64,000 bases of DNA from Methanothrix sp. (GCA_963682135.1 OY821645.1:128001-192000), one strand, 5' to 3'; counted from the stretch's first letter, positions 22,115-32,721 are shown. The notes: a model not told the origin generated them from the letters alone. Translations and numbers: made by a program.

Positions 22115-23740
22115 TTATATATTGTATATTCTCTCGTACTTGCTGTCCAGGTATCTTAGAAAATCATAGGCTTGCGTCTCGTTTCCTGTTGCTATTTTCA
22201 TCAGCTGCGGCGTATCATAGATGGCACCATACTTGTAGACATGTTCTGCCATCCAGTCGACAGGTATGGAGAAATCGCCACAAGCAAATCTCAGGTCAAG
22301 ATCTGGATGGTCTCTTCTCATGGCTCCCTCCAATTGAGCGGAATTCATGGAAGCAATGGCATAAGCCGGGAAGTAGCCAAAGTTTCCATAGGCCCAATGA
22401 ACATCCTGAAGTATGCCGTTATTATCATCAGTTATGTTCAAACCCAAGTACTCCTTGTACTTTTGGTTCCATATCATCGGCAGATCGTCAACGCTGATCT
22501 TTCCCTCGAAGAGGTCGCGTTCTATCTCATAGCGAATAATTATATGAAGTATATAGGATACCTCGTCGGCGTCAATGCGGATCGGGATGATATTGAGCCG
22601 ATTGATGTATCTATGCATATCGTCCACCGAGACATTATCCATGTTTGGTCGAAACTCGTTCTTCATCTGAGGCAGCCAGTACTGCCAGAAAGCAATGCTG
22701 CGGGCCAGATTATTCTCGAATAGCCTGGCCTCAGCCTCAGCCATATCCATGCCCGGTTCCGTTGCAATGGGCATTCCCACGTACTCATCAGGAATCCTCT
22801 GGGCGGCTATGCCGTGACCGCATTCGTGAATCACATCCAGAAGGGCTATCTCTGGATTGTGATTGTCATAACGCAGGCTGGTTCTGACATCATGCATACC
22901 TATACTGTAGGTTGACGGGTTCCTCTTGGCTTTGACCATAATTCCTGCTTCGTAATCGAATCCCAGAGCAGATGTGAGATTCCTGAGCAAAGCCTCCTGT
23001 TTTTCTTTTGGATAGGTGGCGTTGCCATAGACATTTATGTCGGAGCCTTTTAAGCCCGACTCATTTATCTTGACGATCAGTTCGATAATGTGAGGCTTTA
23101 TGGTTTCAAAGAGCTCATCGCACTTGGCCGCAGTCATTCCCGGCATAAAGTCATCCAGGAGGGCGTCATAAGGATGCTCCTCATATCCCCACGCTCTTGC
23201 CTTCTCCCGGTTCAGTTCAACCAGGTCCTTTAGGTAGGGCTGGAATATAGAGTAATTGTTCTTCTCCCTGGCATTCTCCCAGGCAACCAGAGATTTGGAG
23301 ACCATCTCCGACTCACGCATAGCGAAATCTGGCGGAAGCTTTATCCTCTTGTTGTAGTCGCGATTCCACAGCCGGAGGTTTGCGGTTTCGATCTCAGACC
23401 AATTGCTGCCGTTATTAGCAATAGAGAGAAGCCTTCCGAATTCCGGATCGATCCACTTTTTATTCTTCAGGTCCTCCATATAGCTCTGGGCCTTGGCCCG
23501 ATATTTCGTAGCATTCTGAGGCATGGAAATATCCTGATCCCATTGGGAGAGGCCAATCATGGTATCGAGGTAAGCCATCTCCATGGAAGTGTTCAGGAGT
23601 AGGCTATATGCCTCTTTTGGAGTAATATCCGTACTATTTTTCTGGTCGGTCCTGCCCTGCATCTGGCAGCTTGCGCCCAGAGTGATAAGCAGTATCGTCA
23701 TTATCAGGATGAATCCTATCTTATGGATGTTGCAGCTCAT
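22115..23740 (-). CDS. M32 (carboxypeptidase Taq) metallocarboxypeptidase with an N-terminal signal/lipobox-like segment
   Basis: HECGH, IRIDADE, GILQDVHW, GYFPAY; start placed at ATG 23740 behind GAGGGAG. Confidence 0.9.
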   Translation of the reverse strand: MSCNIHKIGFILIMTILLITLGASCQMQGRTDQKNSTDITPKEAYSLLLNTSMEMAYLDTMIGLSQWDQDISMPQNATKYRAKAQSYMEDLKNKKWIDPEFGRLLSIANNGSNWSEIETANLRLWNRDYNKRIKLPPDFAMRESEMVSKSLVAWENAREKNNYSIFQPYLKDLVELNREKARAWGYEEHPYDALLDDFMPGMTAAKCDELFETIKPHIIELIVKINESGLKGSDINVYGNATYPKEKQEALLRNLTSALGFDYEAGIMVKAKRNPSTYSIGMHDVRTSLRYDNHNPEIALLDVIHECGHGIAAQRIPDEYVGMPIATEPGMDMAEAEARLFENNLARSIAFWQYWLPQMKNEFRPNMDNVSVDDMHRYINRLNIIPIRIDADEVSYILHIIIRYEIERDLFEGKISVDDLPMIWNQKYKEYLGLNITDDNNGILQDVHWAYGNFGYFPAYAIASMNSAQLEGAMRRDHPDLDLRFACGDFSIPVDWMAEHVYKYGAIYDTPQLMKIATGNETQAYDFLRYLDSKYERIYNI

Positions 23741-24066
23741 TATCTCCCTCTGTACGCAGACTGAAAACCTTCGAATATTTACTTGTTTCATCTCTTTGGT
23801 CATGGATCTTGAGAACGAGGGCAATATGGGGCACCACTGGAGCGCGGTAGACAACCTCTTCTTCTTGTTCCCATGCTATTTTATTGAATTGGAGCATTTC
23901 GCTTTCAGCATTTTTCAGATTCATGTTCGCGATGAACATCGCCTGATGTAGGCTATCGCATATCAGCGAATTTGCGCAGATCTGCATTGCCACAAAGGAC
24001 CTCGCTTTTGTTGTTTTTGCCCGACAGTGATATGATTGTAAAGATCCCATGCGTCAGAGCTAGGAG

Positions 24067-24543
24067 ATGCAAATGAGATTTCAAAGCAGCACAACTCTGG
24101 CATTGCTCTGTGCCTTAATCATCATCTGGTTGGGGGCGGCGCAGGCCACGGTGGTCGTCAACGAGGTGGAGTCAAATCCGGCCGGGGATGAGAGCGCCTT
24201 CAAGACCGCCATAACTGCCTGGTTTGAGCTTTATAATAACGATGATAAGGATGTTGACATCAGCGGATGGAGCATAAAAAACTCAGAGGGCAGATCGATT
24301 ATCCTCCCCCCGGACACAGTCATCAGAGGCCTGGATTACTATGTGCAGGATGTCAGGCCCGGGTGGCTGGCCCAGACCGGCGAGATCCTGGTGCTGACCG
24401 ATTCCGGCGGAACGGAGGTGGACCGGACGGCTGTTCTCAGCGACGAAGAGGATAATGAGATGGCCTGGACCCGAGATCCGGACGGAAGGAACACCAACAG
24501 CACGGAAGACTGGAAGTTCCTGGCCAACAGCCGCGGATTTTAA
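24067..24543 (+). CDS. Secreted lamin-tail domain protein
   Basis: Signal peptide; VVVNEVESNP, WFELYN, VDISGWSI. Confidence 0.88.
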   Translation: MQMRFQSSTTLALLCALIIIWLGAAQATVVVNEVESNPAGDESAFKTAITAWFELYNNDDKDVDISGWSIKNSEGRSIILPPDTVIRGLDYYVQDVRPGWLAQTGEILVLTDSGGTEVDRTAVLSDEEDNEMAWTRDPDGRNTNSTEDWKFLANSRGF

Positions 24544-25097
24544 TGGGATACGAGGCGTCGCTGGAGCTGGCCTGGGATGAGCTGGAGGCTCTGGCTCTGC
24601 AGGACTGCATGGTCTCGCTCCTGGGAGACGACTACCAGGTGAGGGCAAAGGAAAGAGAGGTGCTGCTGGCCAGCGGTGCTCTGGCCGGCCAGATGCAGGC
24701 CGTGCTCATCTTGCACTACATGATCGGCCTTTTAAGGCACGGCTACCATCCCAGAGGCGAATGGATCTCCTTCAAAGAGACCAGGGACGGTACTCTTTTT
24801 TGGCCGGCTTTCCAGAAGAGCACCATAAAACCGCTGGTGCAGAGCTTCCAGACCGACCCGGAGGGCCTGGTGCGAAATTTGGTGGAGCGCCTGGGCGGCA
24901 GGGAGGTGGATGGCGGAGATGTGGCATTCGAGGTGGCTACGTTTCCCGGCGTGTTCGTGAGGCTGGTCTTCTGGCAAGGAGATGAGGAGCTGCCGCCCGA
25001 GGCGAGCCTGCTCTTTGACAGAGGGCTGACGGAGATCTACAGCACCGAGGACGTGGCGGTGCTGCTGCTGGCGACGGTGCAGAAGTCAACAGAATGA
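24543..25097 (+). CDS. DUF3786-family protein
   Basis: GEWISFKE, W.GDEELPPEASLLFD, TEDVAV. Confidence 0.85.
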   Translation: MGYEASLELAWDELEALALQDCMVSLLGDDYQVRAKEREVLLASGALAGQMQAVLILHYMIGLLRHGYHPRGEWISFKETRDGTLFWPAFQKSTIKPLVQSFQTDPEGLVRNLVERLGGREVDGGDVAFEVATFPGVFVRLVFWQGDEELPPEASLLFDRGLTEIYSTEDVAVLLLATVQKSTE

Positions 25098-25147
25098 AAG
25101 CAATTGAACAGGCGTAGATATTTATTCGATCGAGCATATCGTAAAGC

Positions 25148-25354
25148 ATGCGACAGGTCATAGTCTACCCCGGAGAGAATGGCTACTTTGTGGCAGAAGT
25201 GCCCAGCCTTCCCGGCTGCATCAGCCAGGGAAAAAGCAAAGAAGAGGCACTACAAAACATCAGGGAAGCGATCCGGCTTTATATTTCCGTTTTGCAGGAT
25301 GATAACATTTCAGTTCCTGAAGAGCATTTTGACGTCCTTGTGGCAGTGGTATGA
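25148..25354 (+). CDS. hicB: HicB-family antitoxin
   Basis: GYFVAEVPSLPGCISQGKSKEEALQNIREAI. Confidence 0.9.
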   Translation: MRQVIVYPGENGYFVAEVPSLPGCISQGKSKEEALQNIREAIRLYISVLQDDNISVPEEHFDVLVAVV

Positions 25355-25421
25355 GCAGGCTTCTTGGCCTATGGATTAAAGATAACTGCATCAATTGAAA
25401 AAATCTATATTATCGATACTA

Positions 25422-26804
25422 TTATTCTACATATTCATAATGCCGGTATCCCTGATGATCAATTCCCACCAGGGCAAACTCACCCTTGGGCGGCAGCACG
25501 CTCTCTTTCTTCTTCCCTTCGTGAAGCTGCTCATAATCCTGCAAAGATATCTGCTTTCTCTCTGCTAGCCTCTGCATCAGACCTCTCAAGGGCACAGATT
25601 CGGCCTGCGGCTGGACAATGGCTGAGAAGAATAGTGCCGAGCAGCCGCTGCCGTAGGCTCCGAAGCACACTCTCTCTTTGGCCTGAATCTTCTGCAGCTC
25701 CAGCAGGCTTGCCAGGCCCAGGTAGATCGATCCGGTGTAGATGTTTCCGATCTGGCGGGAGAGCGTGGCCGTATCCCTGACCTTGGCTCCGAATGCCTGC
25801 AGGAATTGCTGCGACTTTGCAAAGCGCCGGGCGTAGTCCGCCTCTGCCGCCTGATATTTTTCTGGATCATCGTAATCCAGGGCGGCAGGCTCCCTTCCCA
25901 GCTCCCGCTCGATCTCGCTAGATCTGCGGCTCTCTCTCCAGTCGTGCCTCAGAATGGCAGCGGAAGCGTACTCGACCATTCTGGGATAGGGAATATGAAA
26001 GAGAAGATGCTCTACGAAATCTGTGACGCACTCGCCTTTTTCGGGAGTTATGACCCCCAGGCGCCTGGATTTGGCGGCAAATGAATCGAAGGCTCCTTGC
26101 ATGGCATCCAGATAGCACTGGTTGCTGTGCTTTCCGTTTACAACCGCAGTGGTGCAGCCCATGGGCCGGAAGAAGTCATTCTCGTCCCTGGTGAAGGATC
26201 CGTAGATCTGCTCCAGGGCCAGCAGACGGGGATTCTTCTTTACCAGCAGGGCAATGCTTCCCGCTCCCTGGGTGTACTCGCCTGCTGAGGCAAGCGGGTA
26301 CTTGGCCACATCCGAGGCGATGACAATGCCCACCTTGCCTTCCTCTTCCGCCGCCACCCAGTAGCTGAGGCTCTCCAGAGCAAAGGTCGTGCCGATGCAG
26401 GCTGCCTTGAACTCGACGGTGCTGCATTCCTGGAAGGAGCCATTGCCGTAGATCTGCTCCAGCATGCCGATGACGTAGGTCCCCAGGGCCTTGGCCTCAT
26501 CCGGAGCCGACTCAGTTCCCACATAGATCTTGCCGATCTCTTGCGGACGGAGACCAGTTCGCCGCATGAGATCCAATAGAGACATGGCCGCCATGCTGGC
26601 CGCGTCCTCATGCGCATCGGGAACGGCCATGCGTTCGATGCCGATTCCTTTAATCAATTTGCCGGGATCAATGCCACGATTAGCGGAGAACTCTCCTGCC
26701 AGGGGAAGAAAAAGCCTGGGCACATAAACAGATAGATCATCGATTCCCACTGCCTTGCATACAGGCACATTGTTTCCAGGCATGTCTTCAGTACTCCTGC
26801 TCAA
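25422..26804 (-). CDS. Hydroxymethylglutaryl-CoA synthase (MvaS type)
   Basis: YVGTES, KAACIG, GEYTQGAG, FHIPY, GNIYTGS, YGSG. Confidence 0.92.
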   Translation of the reverse strand: MSRSTEDMPGNNVPVCKAVGIDDLSVYVPRLFLPLAGEFSANRGIDPGKLIKGIGIERMAVPDAHEDAASMAAMSLLDLMRRTGLRPQEIGKIYVGTESAPDEAKALGTYVIGMLEQIYGNGSFQECSTVEFKAACIGTTFALESLSYWVAAEEEGKVGIVIASDVAKYPLASAGEYTQGAGSIALLVKKNPRLLALEQIYGSFTRDENDFFRPMGCTTAVVNGKHSNQCYLDAMQGAFDSFAAKSRRLGVITPEKGECVTDFVEHLLFHIPYPRMVEYASAAILRHDWRESRRSSEIERELGREPAALDYDDPEKYQAAEADYARRFAKSQQFLQAFGAKVRDTATLSRQIGNIYTGSIYLGLASLLELQKIQAKERVCFGAYGSGCSALFFSAIVQPQAESVPLRGLMQRLAERKQISLQDYEQLHEGKKKESVLPPKGEFALVGIDHQGYRHYEYVE

Positions 26805-26941
26805 GATTTGGCATCTCCTTGCTACCGGCTCATGCGTGGCTGGATATTATTTCAGGTTTTTGCTTATCTCTTACCCCTTTCGGAAAATATATCAATGAGA
26901 AACGCCTAACTACAATCTAGAATTTTAGGAGTGATAGAGAT

Positions 26942-27160
26942 ATGGCAGACGGAGATGTGTACAAAATAATAGAACTGGTCGGAACTTCCAAGACAAGCTG
27001 GGAAGAAGCAGTCAAGACCGTTGTTGATAGGGCCACTAAAAGCCTGAGAGACCTTCGTATTGCCGAAGTCAAAGAGCTGGATGTCCGGTTGGAGAACGGA
27101 AAGATCGCGGAGTACAGGGCTAAGGTAAGGCTCTCCTTCAAATATGAGGGTGAAGAGTAG
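26942..27160 (+). CDS. Dodecin-family flavin-binding protein
   Basis: VYKIIELVGTS..SWEEA..YRAKVRLSF. Confidence 0.92.
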   Translation: MADGDVYKIIELVGTSKTSWEEAVKTVVDRATKSLRDLRIAEVKELDVRLENGKIAEYRAKVRLSFKYEGEE

Positions 27161-27205
27161 ATCCAGCTCAAAATATATTTTTTAAATTCAAATATAGTTC
27201 TCAAT

Positions 27206-28054
27206 TCAGATATCTTTGGGCACGACCTTGATCTCGAAGAGCCTGGGCCATAGTTTTCCAGTCACAAAGAGCCGATCATCTTTCGCGTCGTATGCAATGC
27301 CGTTTAAAACATCTACTTTGCTGCCCTGAAGATCGCTCTCCTGCAAAATCCCCTGCAAATTTATTTTTCCTTTCACCTCGCCGCTCTCAGGAGATATTAT
27401 CGCAATCCAATTTGTCGGCCAGATGTTGGCATAGATCTGCCCTTTGATATACTCCAGCTCATTTAGGCCCTCTTGCGGCCTGCCGTTGGTTGTGACCAGT
27501 ATCCGACCCTTCTCTGCAAAGCTCTCAGGATCGAGAATATGCAAAACGTCTGTGCCATCGCTCATGATCAGACTCTTACCGTCGGTGGTTATGCCCCAGC
27601 CCTCCGTCTGGTAGCTGAAGTTGCCAATCAGGGTCATATTCTCCTTGCCATAGACCAGGCCCAGGCCTGACTGCCAGGTAAGCTGAATGATGCGATCTTT
27701 CCATAGAGCTATGCCTTCTCCGAATAAGTTGCCATCCAGGAGCGTCTGCTTAAGAATCCGGCCCGTTTGCAGTTCGACGTGACATAGCATTGATCGCCCA
27801 TACAGCCCCGTTCCCTCATAGAGCAGTCCATCATCATAAACCAGGCCTTGAGTAAATGCCTGGCTGCTGTGGGGATAGACATTGATGATCTCGTAGCCGA
27901 AGAGGGGTATCGTACCTTCACCTTCCCGGACCAGATCAGAGCTGCCCTGCGCGGCAAAGACTACAGCTGCCGGGAGCACAATAGCCAGGAGGGCCAGGAG
28001 AGCGAATCGCGGTGTTGAGGCTTTTTTCATCGGCATGGCAATCATCTTCGGCAC
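27206..28054 (-). CDS. Glutaminyl-peptide cyclotransferase (bacterial/plant type), secreted
   Basis: AFTQGL, FGEG, EGWG, LNELE, VLNGIAYD, TGKLWP. Confidence 0.93.
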   Translation of the reverse strand: MPKMIAMPMKKASTPRFALLALLAIVLPAAVVFAAQGSSDLVREGEGTIPLFGYEIINVYPHSSQAFTQGLVYDDGLLYEGTGLYGRSMLCHVELQTGRILKQTLLDGNLFGEGIALWKDRIIQLTWQSGLGLVYGKENMTLIGNFSYQTEGWGITTDGKSLIMSDGTDVLHILDPESFAEKGRILVTTNGRPQEGLNELEYIKGQIYANIWPTNWIAIISPESGEVKGKINLQGILQESDLQGSKVDVLNGIAYDAKDDRLFVTGKLWPRLFEIKVVPKDI

Positions 28055-28174
28055 AATTTAAAAAAGTCTATTGGCACGGGGCTTTAAGAATTTTCCGCAA
28101 TTTATCTGGGGCGATCTTGTAAAGCAAAGAACTAAAATGCAGGGATAGTATCATGAGATCAACGAGAGGTTTTA

Positions 28175-28693
28175 ATGCAGATGGCATCCAGCAAGATATC
28201 CATAGTAATGGCCGATATCACCACACTCAAGGTCGATGCCATCGTCAACGCCGCCAACAACTCTCTTGTGGGAGGTGGAGGCGTGGATGGTGCCATTCAT
28301 AATGCTGCGGGCCCACAGCTCTGGGAGGAATGTCGTCGCATCGGAGGTTGTCCGACAGGCGAGGCCTGTATCACCGGGGGATACCATCTAGCTGCAAGAT
28401 GGATCATTCATACCGTAGGACCCATCTGGCGAGGCGGAGACAACGGGGAGGACGATCTATTGGCCTGCTGCTATAGAAACTCTCTGAATCTGGGCAAGCT
28501 GTATGGCATAAAGAGCATAGCATTCCCGGCAATCAGTGCCGGAGTCTATGGATTTCCTATGGAACGAGCCTGTCGCATTGCCCTTAGAGAGATGAACTCA
28601 TTCCTGGAGAAAAGCTGCGGGATTGAGATCATCGCCGTCTGTTTCAGTAATAGCGCCTACCAGTGCTACCAAGATGCTATGCGAGAGATTTGA
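28175..28693 (+). CDS. Macro-domain O-acetyl-ADP-ribose deacetylase (YmdB-like)
   Basis: DAIVNAANNSLVGGGGVDGAIH, FPAISAGVYGFP. Confidence 0.95.
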   Translation: MQMASSKISIVMADITTLKVDAIVNAANNSLVGGGGVDGAIHNAAGPQLWEECRRIGGCPTGEACITGGYHLAARWIIHTVGPIWRGGDNGEDDLLACCYRNSLNLGKLYGIKSIAFPAISAGVYGFPMERACRIALREMNSFLEKSCGIEIIAVCFSNSAYQCYQDAMREI

Positions 28694-28707
28694 TAGATCA
28701 TTTTGGA

Positions 28708-29718
28708 TCAGCTCACACAGTATATGCCTATCGCTACCACAAGAAACGAAATTCCCTTTTGTTTCAACGAGCACCAATCTGTTTTTTCATTAATCACATT
28801 GGCCAGCCTCGGGGTGAGAACTCCCAGGCCCAGGATGATGAGCACAGTTACGATGGGCTGAAGCGCTCCTATGCTTGATACCAGGGTAACTGATCCGATG
28901 GCGTAGGCAAAAATGGAGAAGATGATTCCCAGGAATTGGAAAGTCTCCTCTGAGATCAAAGCTCCTACAGCCAGGCCACCCTGACCAAAGAAGCTCTTGA
29001 CCTCGCTGCGAATGGAAGAGATGCCTATGAGAGGCAATACCGCTATAAGACTGCCCAGAGATGACCAAACGTAGAGATTCCACCCATCGATGGAGATGAG
29101 CAGATACTTTAGGGAAAGATAATAGACCGCGGTTAAAACCCAGTACGACAGGAATGGCTTTATGGCAGGAGAAAGGTCACTTATAAATTGTCCAAATGGC
29201 TTGCTGATTAAGCTATTGTTAGTAAAGCCATTACTGTATAAATCAGTTCGATTAGATAAATTATTTTTGTAGGAGATGAGCAGAGTGCCAACGAGAAGCA
29301 ATAACCCTCCAGCATAATGTCTCAGCTCCAGAACCTCTCCTAGAAGAAGTGCAGAGCCTATGAATACAAATAATGGATACACATATTCCAGCGCAGATAC
29401 TTTAGAAATTTCTTCAATCGCTAAGGCCTTCATGTAAAAAATACAAGGAAATACCTGCAGGCTTCCGAAGAGAAGAGCAAAGAGGGATTGCGGGTACACG
29501 AAGTCAGCGCCTGATATCAAAAAAACTGGGATGATAAAGAGCTGCGAAGCTAATACCTGGCATACGATGTACGCATTGGAATCGTTGGTATAGCTGCTGA
29601 GAAGAAACTTATCCAGCAATCCTGCAACTGAGTAAAATATCATTCCCAAGAATGCGAATGCAAACCATTCCAGTTCGAATCCCTCCTTACCAAGCAGCAA
29701 TTTTTTGAGTAAGTTCAA
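28708..29718 (-). CDS. EamA/DMT-family membrane transporter
   Basis: About 10 hydrophobic segments with an internal two-fold repeat. Confidence 0.85.
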   Translation of the reverse strand: MNLLKKLLLGKEGFELEWFAFAFLGMIFYSVAGLLDKFLLSSYTNDSNAYIVCQVLASQLFIIPVFLISGADFVYPQSLFALLFGSLQVFPCIFYMKALAIEEISKVSALEYVYPLFVFIGSALLLGEVLELRHYAGGLLLLVGTLLISYKNNLSNRTDLYSNGFTNNSLISKPFGQFISDLSPAIKPFLSYWVLTAVYYLSLKYLLISIDGWNLYVWSSLGSLIAVLPLIGISSIRSEVKSFFGQGGLAVGALISEETFQFLGIIFSIFAYAIGSVTLVSSIGALQPIVTVLIILGLGVLTPRLANVINEKTDWCSLKQKGISFLVVAIGIYCVS

Positions 29719-30660
29719 AGATATGGCTATCGTTTACACCAGGTTACTGTTTCAATCAATTTAAGATCAATGTCATACTAGTTATACTTATTCAATTCTC
29801 TATTAATGAAACAACACCAATTATAAAATTTTTTATAAAAGTTGGATATTAATTACATTATTTGCCTTAATAACTGAGATATATGAAAAAGCAATAATGG
29901 ATGGATTTGCAAAAAGCTCTTCTTTCTACTATTATTATTATATATTTTCAAATATGATCTAACTCGACCCACTTTGTTTAGAATAGAGCCTAATACAACA
30001 TATTCATTTTAATAGTAACGATAACATTCCAACTCACATTCGCCCCGCGCGTTCCTCAGGTTTATACTCTCAGAAGGGAGGAAGGATCTTTGGGGATGAT
30101 AATCAGCATGCATAAAGAGTATTTTACTCAGGAAAATGGCAGGGCGCGCCGGCAAGGGCTTCTGCTAAGAATTGCCGAGAGACGCAAACGATCCCAACTG
30201 ACCGGACACATTCGGAGGTTTTCTGATAGGCCATAGCTTCAAAATGCGAGCATGCACATGAGAATATTAGTGAATATATAGGACTAAGCCGAAAAGGAGT
30301 TTGCTTCGACGTATGTGTTTAGCTCTCAATCAATCATTCCCAAATTTGCCACAAAATGTTTTTAACCAGAATAATTAAATAATAGGATAATAATACTTGA
30401 CCATTAGGAGTATGCACGAAGGAGCAACAATCAAGTAACCTCAAGAGCGAATTGAACAATTGGAACGCGAGAATATTCTATCGAGAAAGATCTTGGGCGC
30501 ACTGCGCAACGACAAAGGAACTTCGACTCATGAGCGAATCATGACGACACTGGCACCTTGGGGACAGAATGGCCTGGACAGTCTCCAAATGCTAACTATG
30601 AAGCTGGCCAGCTAAACATGTACCAAAATTAAAATCTATTAAAGGTTCACGACCTCAATT

Positions 30661-31062
30661 TTAATGAAGTAGAAAATCCTTCGTCCTATCGTTTTCTTTG
30701 GCTTGGCCTTCATCTTGTTTTACGGAAGTTTTGACCGCCCGGGCCTTCTTGGACTTCTTTGGTGGCTTGCTTTTGCCGTGCTTTGATTTTGCTTTTGGCT
30801 CATGGTCTTCCATAGTCATCTTTGGGGGCGCTTCCAGACGTACTTCTGACTCTCGCAGTGAGAATATCATCTCTCTTCCTTTCTGTTCCATTATGATCTT
30901 ATCCTCACGGCCAAGCCAGCCTAGTGCTCCGAAGATTTCTTCACGGCTCATAGATGTGGTCTTTACAAGTTTGGTAATGTTGCCCGGACCGTTTTGGTTA
31001 AGTGCTCGCCATACAACACCTGCTTTCATGCCAAATATTGATTCAACAGTTGTTTGCGTCAT
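30661..31062 (-). CDS. Winged-helix protein (DUF2582-like) with a basic tail
   Basis: FGMKAGVVWRAL...ALGWLGREDKI. Confidence 0.85.
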   Translation of the reverse strand: MTQTTVESIFGMKAGVVWRALNQNGPGNITKLVKTTSMSREEIFGALGWLGREDKIIMEQKGREMIFSLRESEVRLEAPPKMTMEDHEPKAKSKHGKSKPPKKSKKARAVKTSVKQDEGQAKENDRTKDFLLH

Positions 31063-31366
31063 AGTACATAAAAAGTCTGCAATTCTTATATATGAATACA
31101 TTGGGAAAATGTGTGATCTTTAAAATTACATAGAAAATGCAACTTCTGATTTCGCTATGCGTTCTACCACACCTGCAGATCGCTCCCTTCTATCCGCATA
31201 GTTGACCCTTTTTTGCGAACCGCCACAGCCCAATGCACCCGCTCCCGCGCACGCGAGCCCGAAAGCGACTATGCCAGTACTCTGAGCTTCTTTGCTCGTA
31301 ATATCTTCGTTCTGCTTTGTTCCCGCCTACTGCCACCGTTGGCAAGCATTCTGAGTAGATAATCAG

Positions 31367-31810
31367 CTAGAGCCTATTGTTATCGAAAATGGAAAAAGCC
31401 GGAGTTGATAATCTTGAGTCCTGCATTCCAAATGCACCTAATTTGATTATCCTATTATCGGATGTTGTGTTTGTCGGGTTATTGTCTACAGGAGTAGTTG
31501 TAGAACTGTTCTGACTTGAATTGCCATTGCTGGTTTGGTTAAGGGATGAATTGGTGCTCAATTTAGTATATTGCGAGAGCGATTTCGCCTGTAATGTCGC
31601 TCCAGGATTGCTGCCAAGGTTGTCCCTGACAAACTCATCAAAGTTAGACATATCGATGTTGGTTGCCCGGTCGCCCATGAAGCTGGTTGAAGAACCTCCT
31701 CCGCCGGAGACCGAACAACCCCCTGCACAACCTCCTTTTACCTCTGGAAGAGAGATGAAGAATGAGATGACCACCAGAAACAATATCGTATGCTTGATAC
31801 TAATCCCCAT
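31367..31810 (-). CDS. Secreted hypothetical protein (GGCAGGCS motif)
   Basis: Signal peptide begins at Met 31810; the upstream part of the track ORF is a PHP remnant. Confidence 0.75.
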   Translation of the reverse strand: MGISIKHTILFLVVISFFISLPEVKGGCAGGCSVSGGGGSSTSFMGDRATNIDMSNFDEFVRDNLGSNPGATLQAKSLSQYTKLSTNSSLNQTSNGNSSQNSSTTTPVDNNPTNTTSDNRIIKLGAFGMQDSRLSTPAFSIFDNNRL

Positions 31811-31865
31811 GTTCTTTCCGGTTAGGAGATTTCTGGTTAAAAGCCCTTCGATAATGGCTTCATTT

Positions 31866-31988
31866 TTCACAATCATGCAAAATGACTGCACGGTATTTCC
31901 GATAAAAAACTTCGGCGGCGTCCGTTTGCCCACCCCGCGCGTCCGCCCGGCCCGGATGGCAGCCACCGTCTCTTCCGCGTCTGCGGCT
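31866..31988 (-). repeat. Degenerate copy of the PHP gene 3' end (direct repeat with ~42646-42768)
   Basis: Ungapped manual alignment gives ~17 mismatches in ~118 bp; AADAEETVAAIRAG..KRTPPKFFIGNTVQS. Confidence 0.93.
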
Positions 31989-32223
31989 GCATGCTGTCCA
32001 GATTGATAGGGTAGCACATGAACTGGCCAAAAGTGCGACCCTCCTCAGAGAAGCCCTCAATTTTGATCGCCTGCCCTTCTGTCGGGAAGGGCTCCTCCAG
32101 GAGCACATCCAGGGTGCCGAAGAAGTGGACGAAGCCAAAGCGCTCCAGGAACTGGCGGCTGTAGCCCTCACAGGTGAGGAAGTACTGGGCCTGATCGAGA
32201 CCTGATAGGATTTTTCCGCGCAT
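31989..32223 (-). pseudogene. ribK: 5' fragment of CTP-dependent riboflavin kinase, joined to the PHP remnant
   Basis: MRGKILSGL.QAQYF..YSRQF..GF..F.GTL.V; near-copy of ~33385-33616. Confidence 0.85.
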
Positions 32224-32277
32224 GAATTCGACCTGCTCGTTCTCAAAGTGGAGTTAGAAACGGTGATCATCTGCAAT

Positions 32278-32721
32278 TCAAAGCATTTTGGCAATAGCTT
32301 CCGAGATCGTCCAGACCTCAATTATCCTTGCCTCCTTGATCTTGTCAAAATGCCGGTCATTTGAGATCAGGATTCCACCTGCACACAAGCATGTAGCAGC
32401 ATGGAGTATGTCCGCGTCTTGTCCCACCGGAAAAAGAGGCTTGCATTGAGTTATGACTTCATCGGAGATCTCTAAAACAACTACCTCATGCAAAAGCTGA
32501 TCAAGAAGAAGTTGGCCGTAATCGCCAAGTTCGCGGGCATACTTCCTGTACTCACCGATGAGGGCTTCATTGGCGATGAGATCCTCCTCGCCATCGACAA
32601 GCCTTAAGACCAGATCCGTGGTCCTTGTCCATCCTCTTTTTGCAGCAGCAATGAAGACGTTAGTGTCCAGCAAAAATCTTGTACTTCTCTCGCGCAATTC
32701 TGTTGCCTTCTCCCTCGACAT
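32278..32721 (-). CDS. PIN-domain (VapC-like) toxin
   Basis: FLLDTNVFI, DADILHAATC, ILISNDRHF; start uncertain. Confidence 0.9.
   Translation of the reverse strand: MSREKATELRERSTRFLLDTNVFIAAAKRGWTRTTDLVLRLVDGEEDLIANEALIGEYRKYARELGDYGQLLLDQLLHEVVVLEISDEVITQCKPLFPVGQDADILHAATCLCAGGILISNDRHFDKIKEARIIEVWTISEAIAKML

Noticed and set aside
28175-28693. Macro domain as a partner of the TIR system
   Set aside because: Ordinary YmdB-like gene outside the island and on the opposite strand
31367-32017. 216-aa ORF as a genuine PHP fusion protein
   Set aside because: The N-terminal 69 aa are remnant sequence; the signal peptide starts at Met 31810
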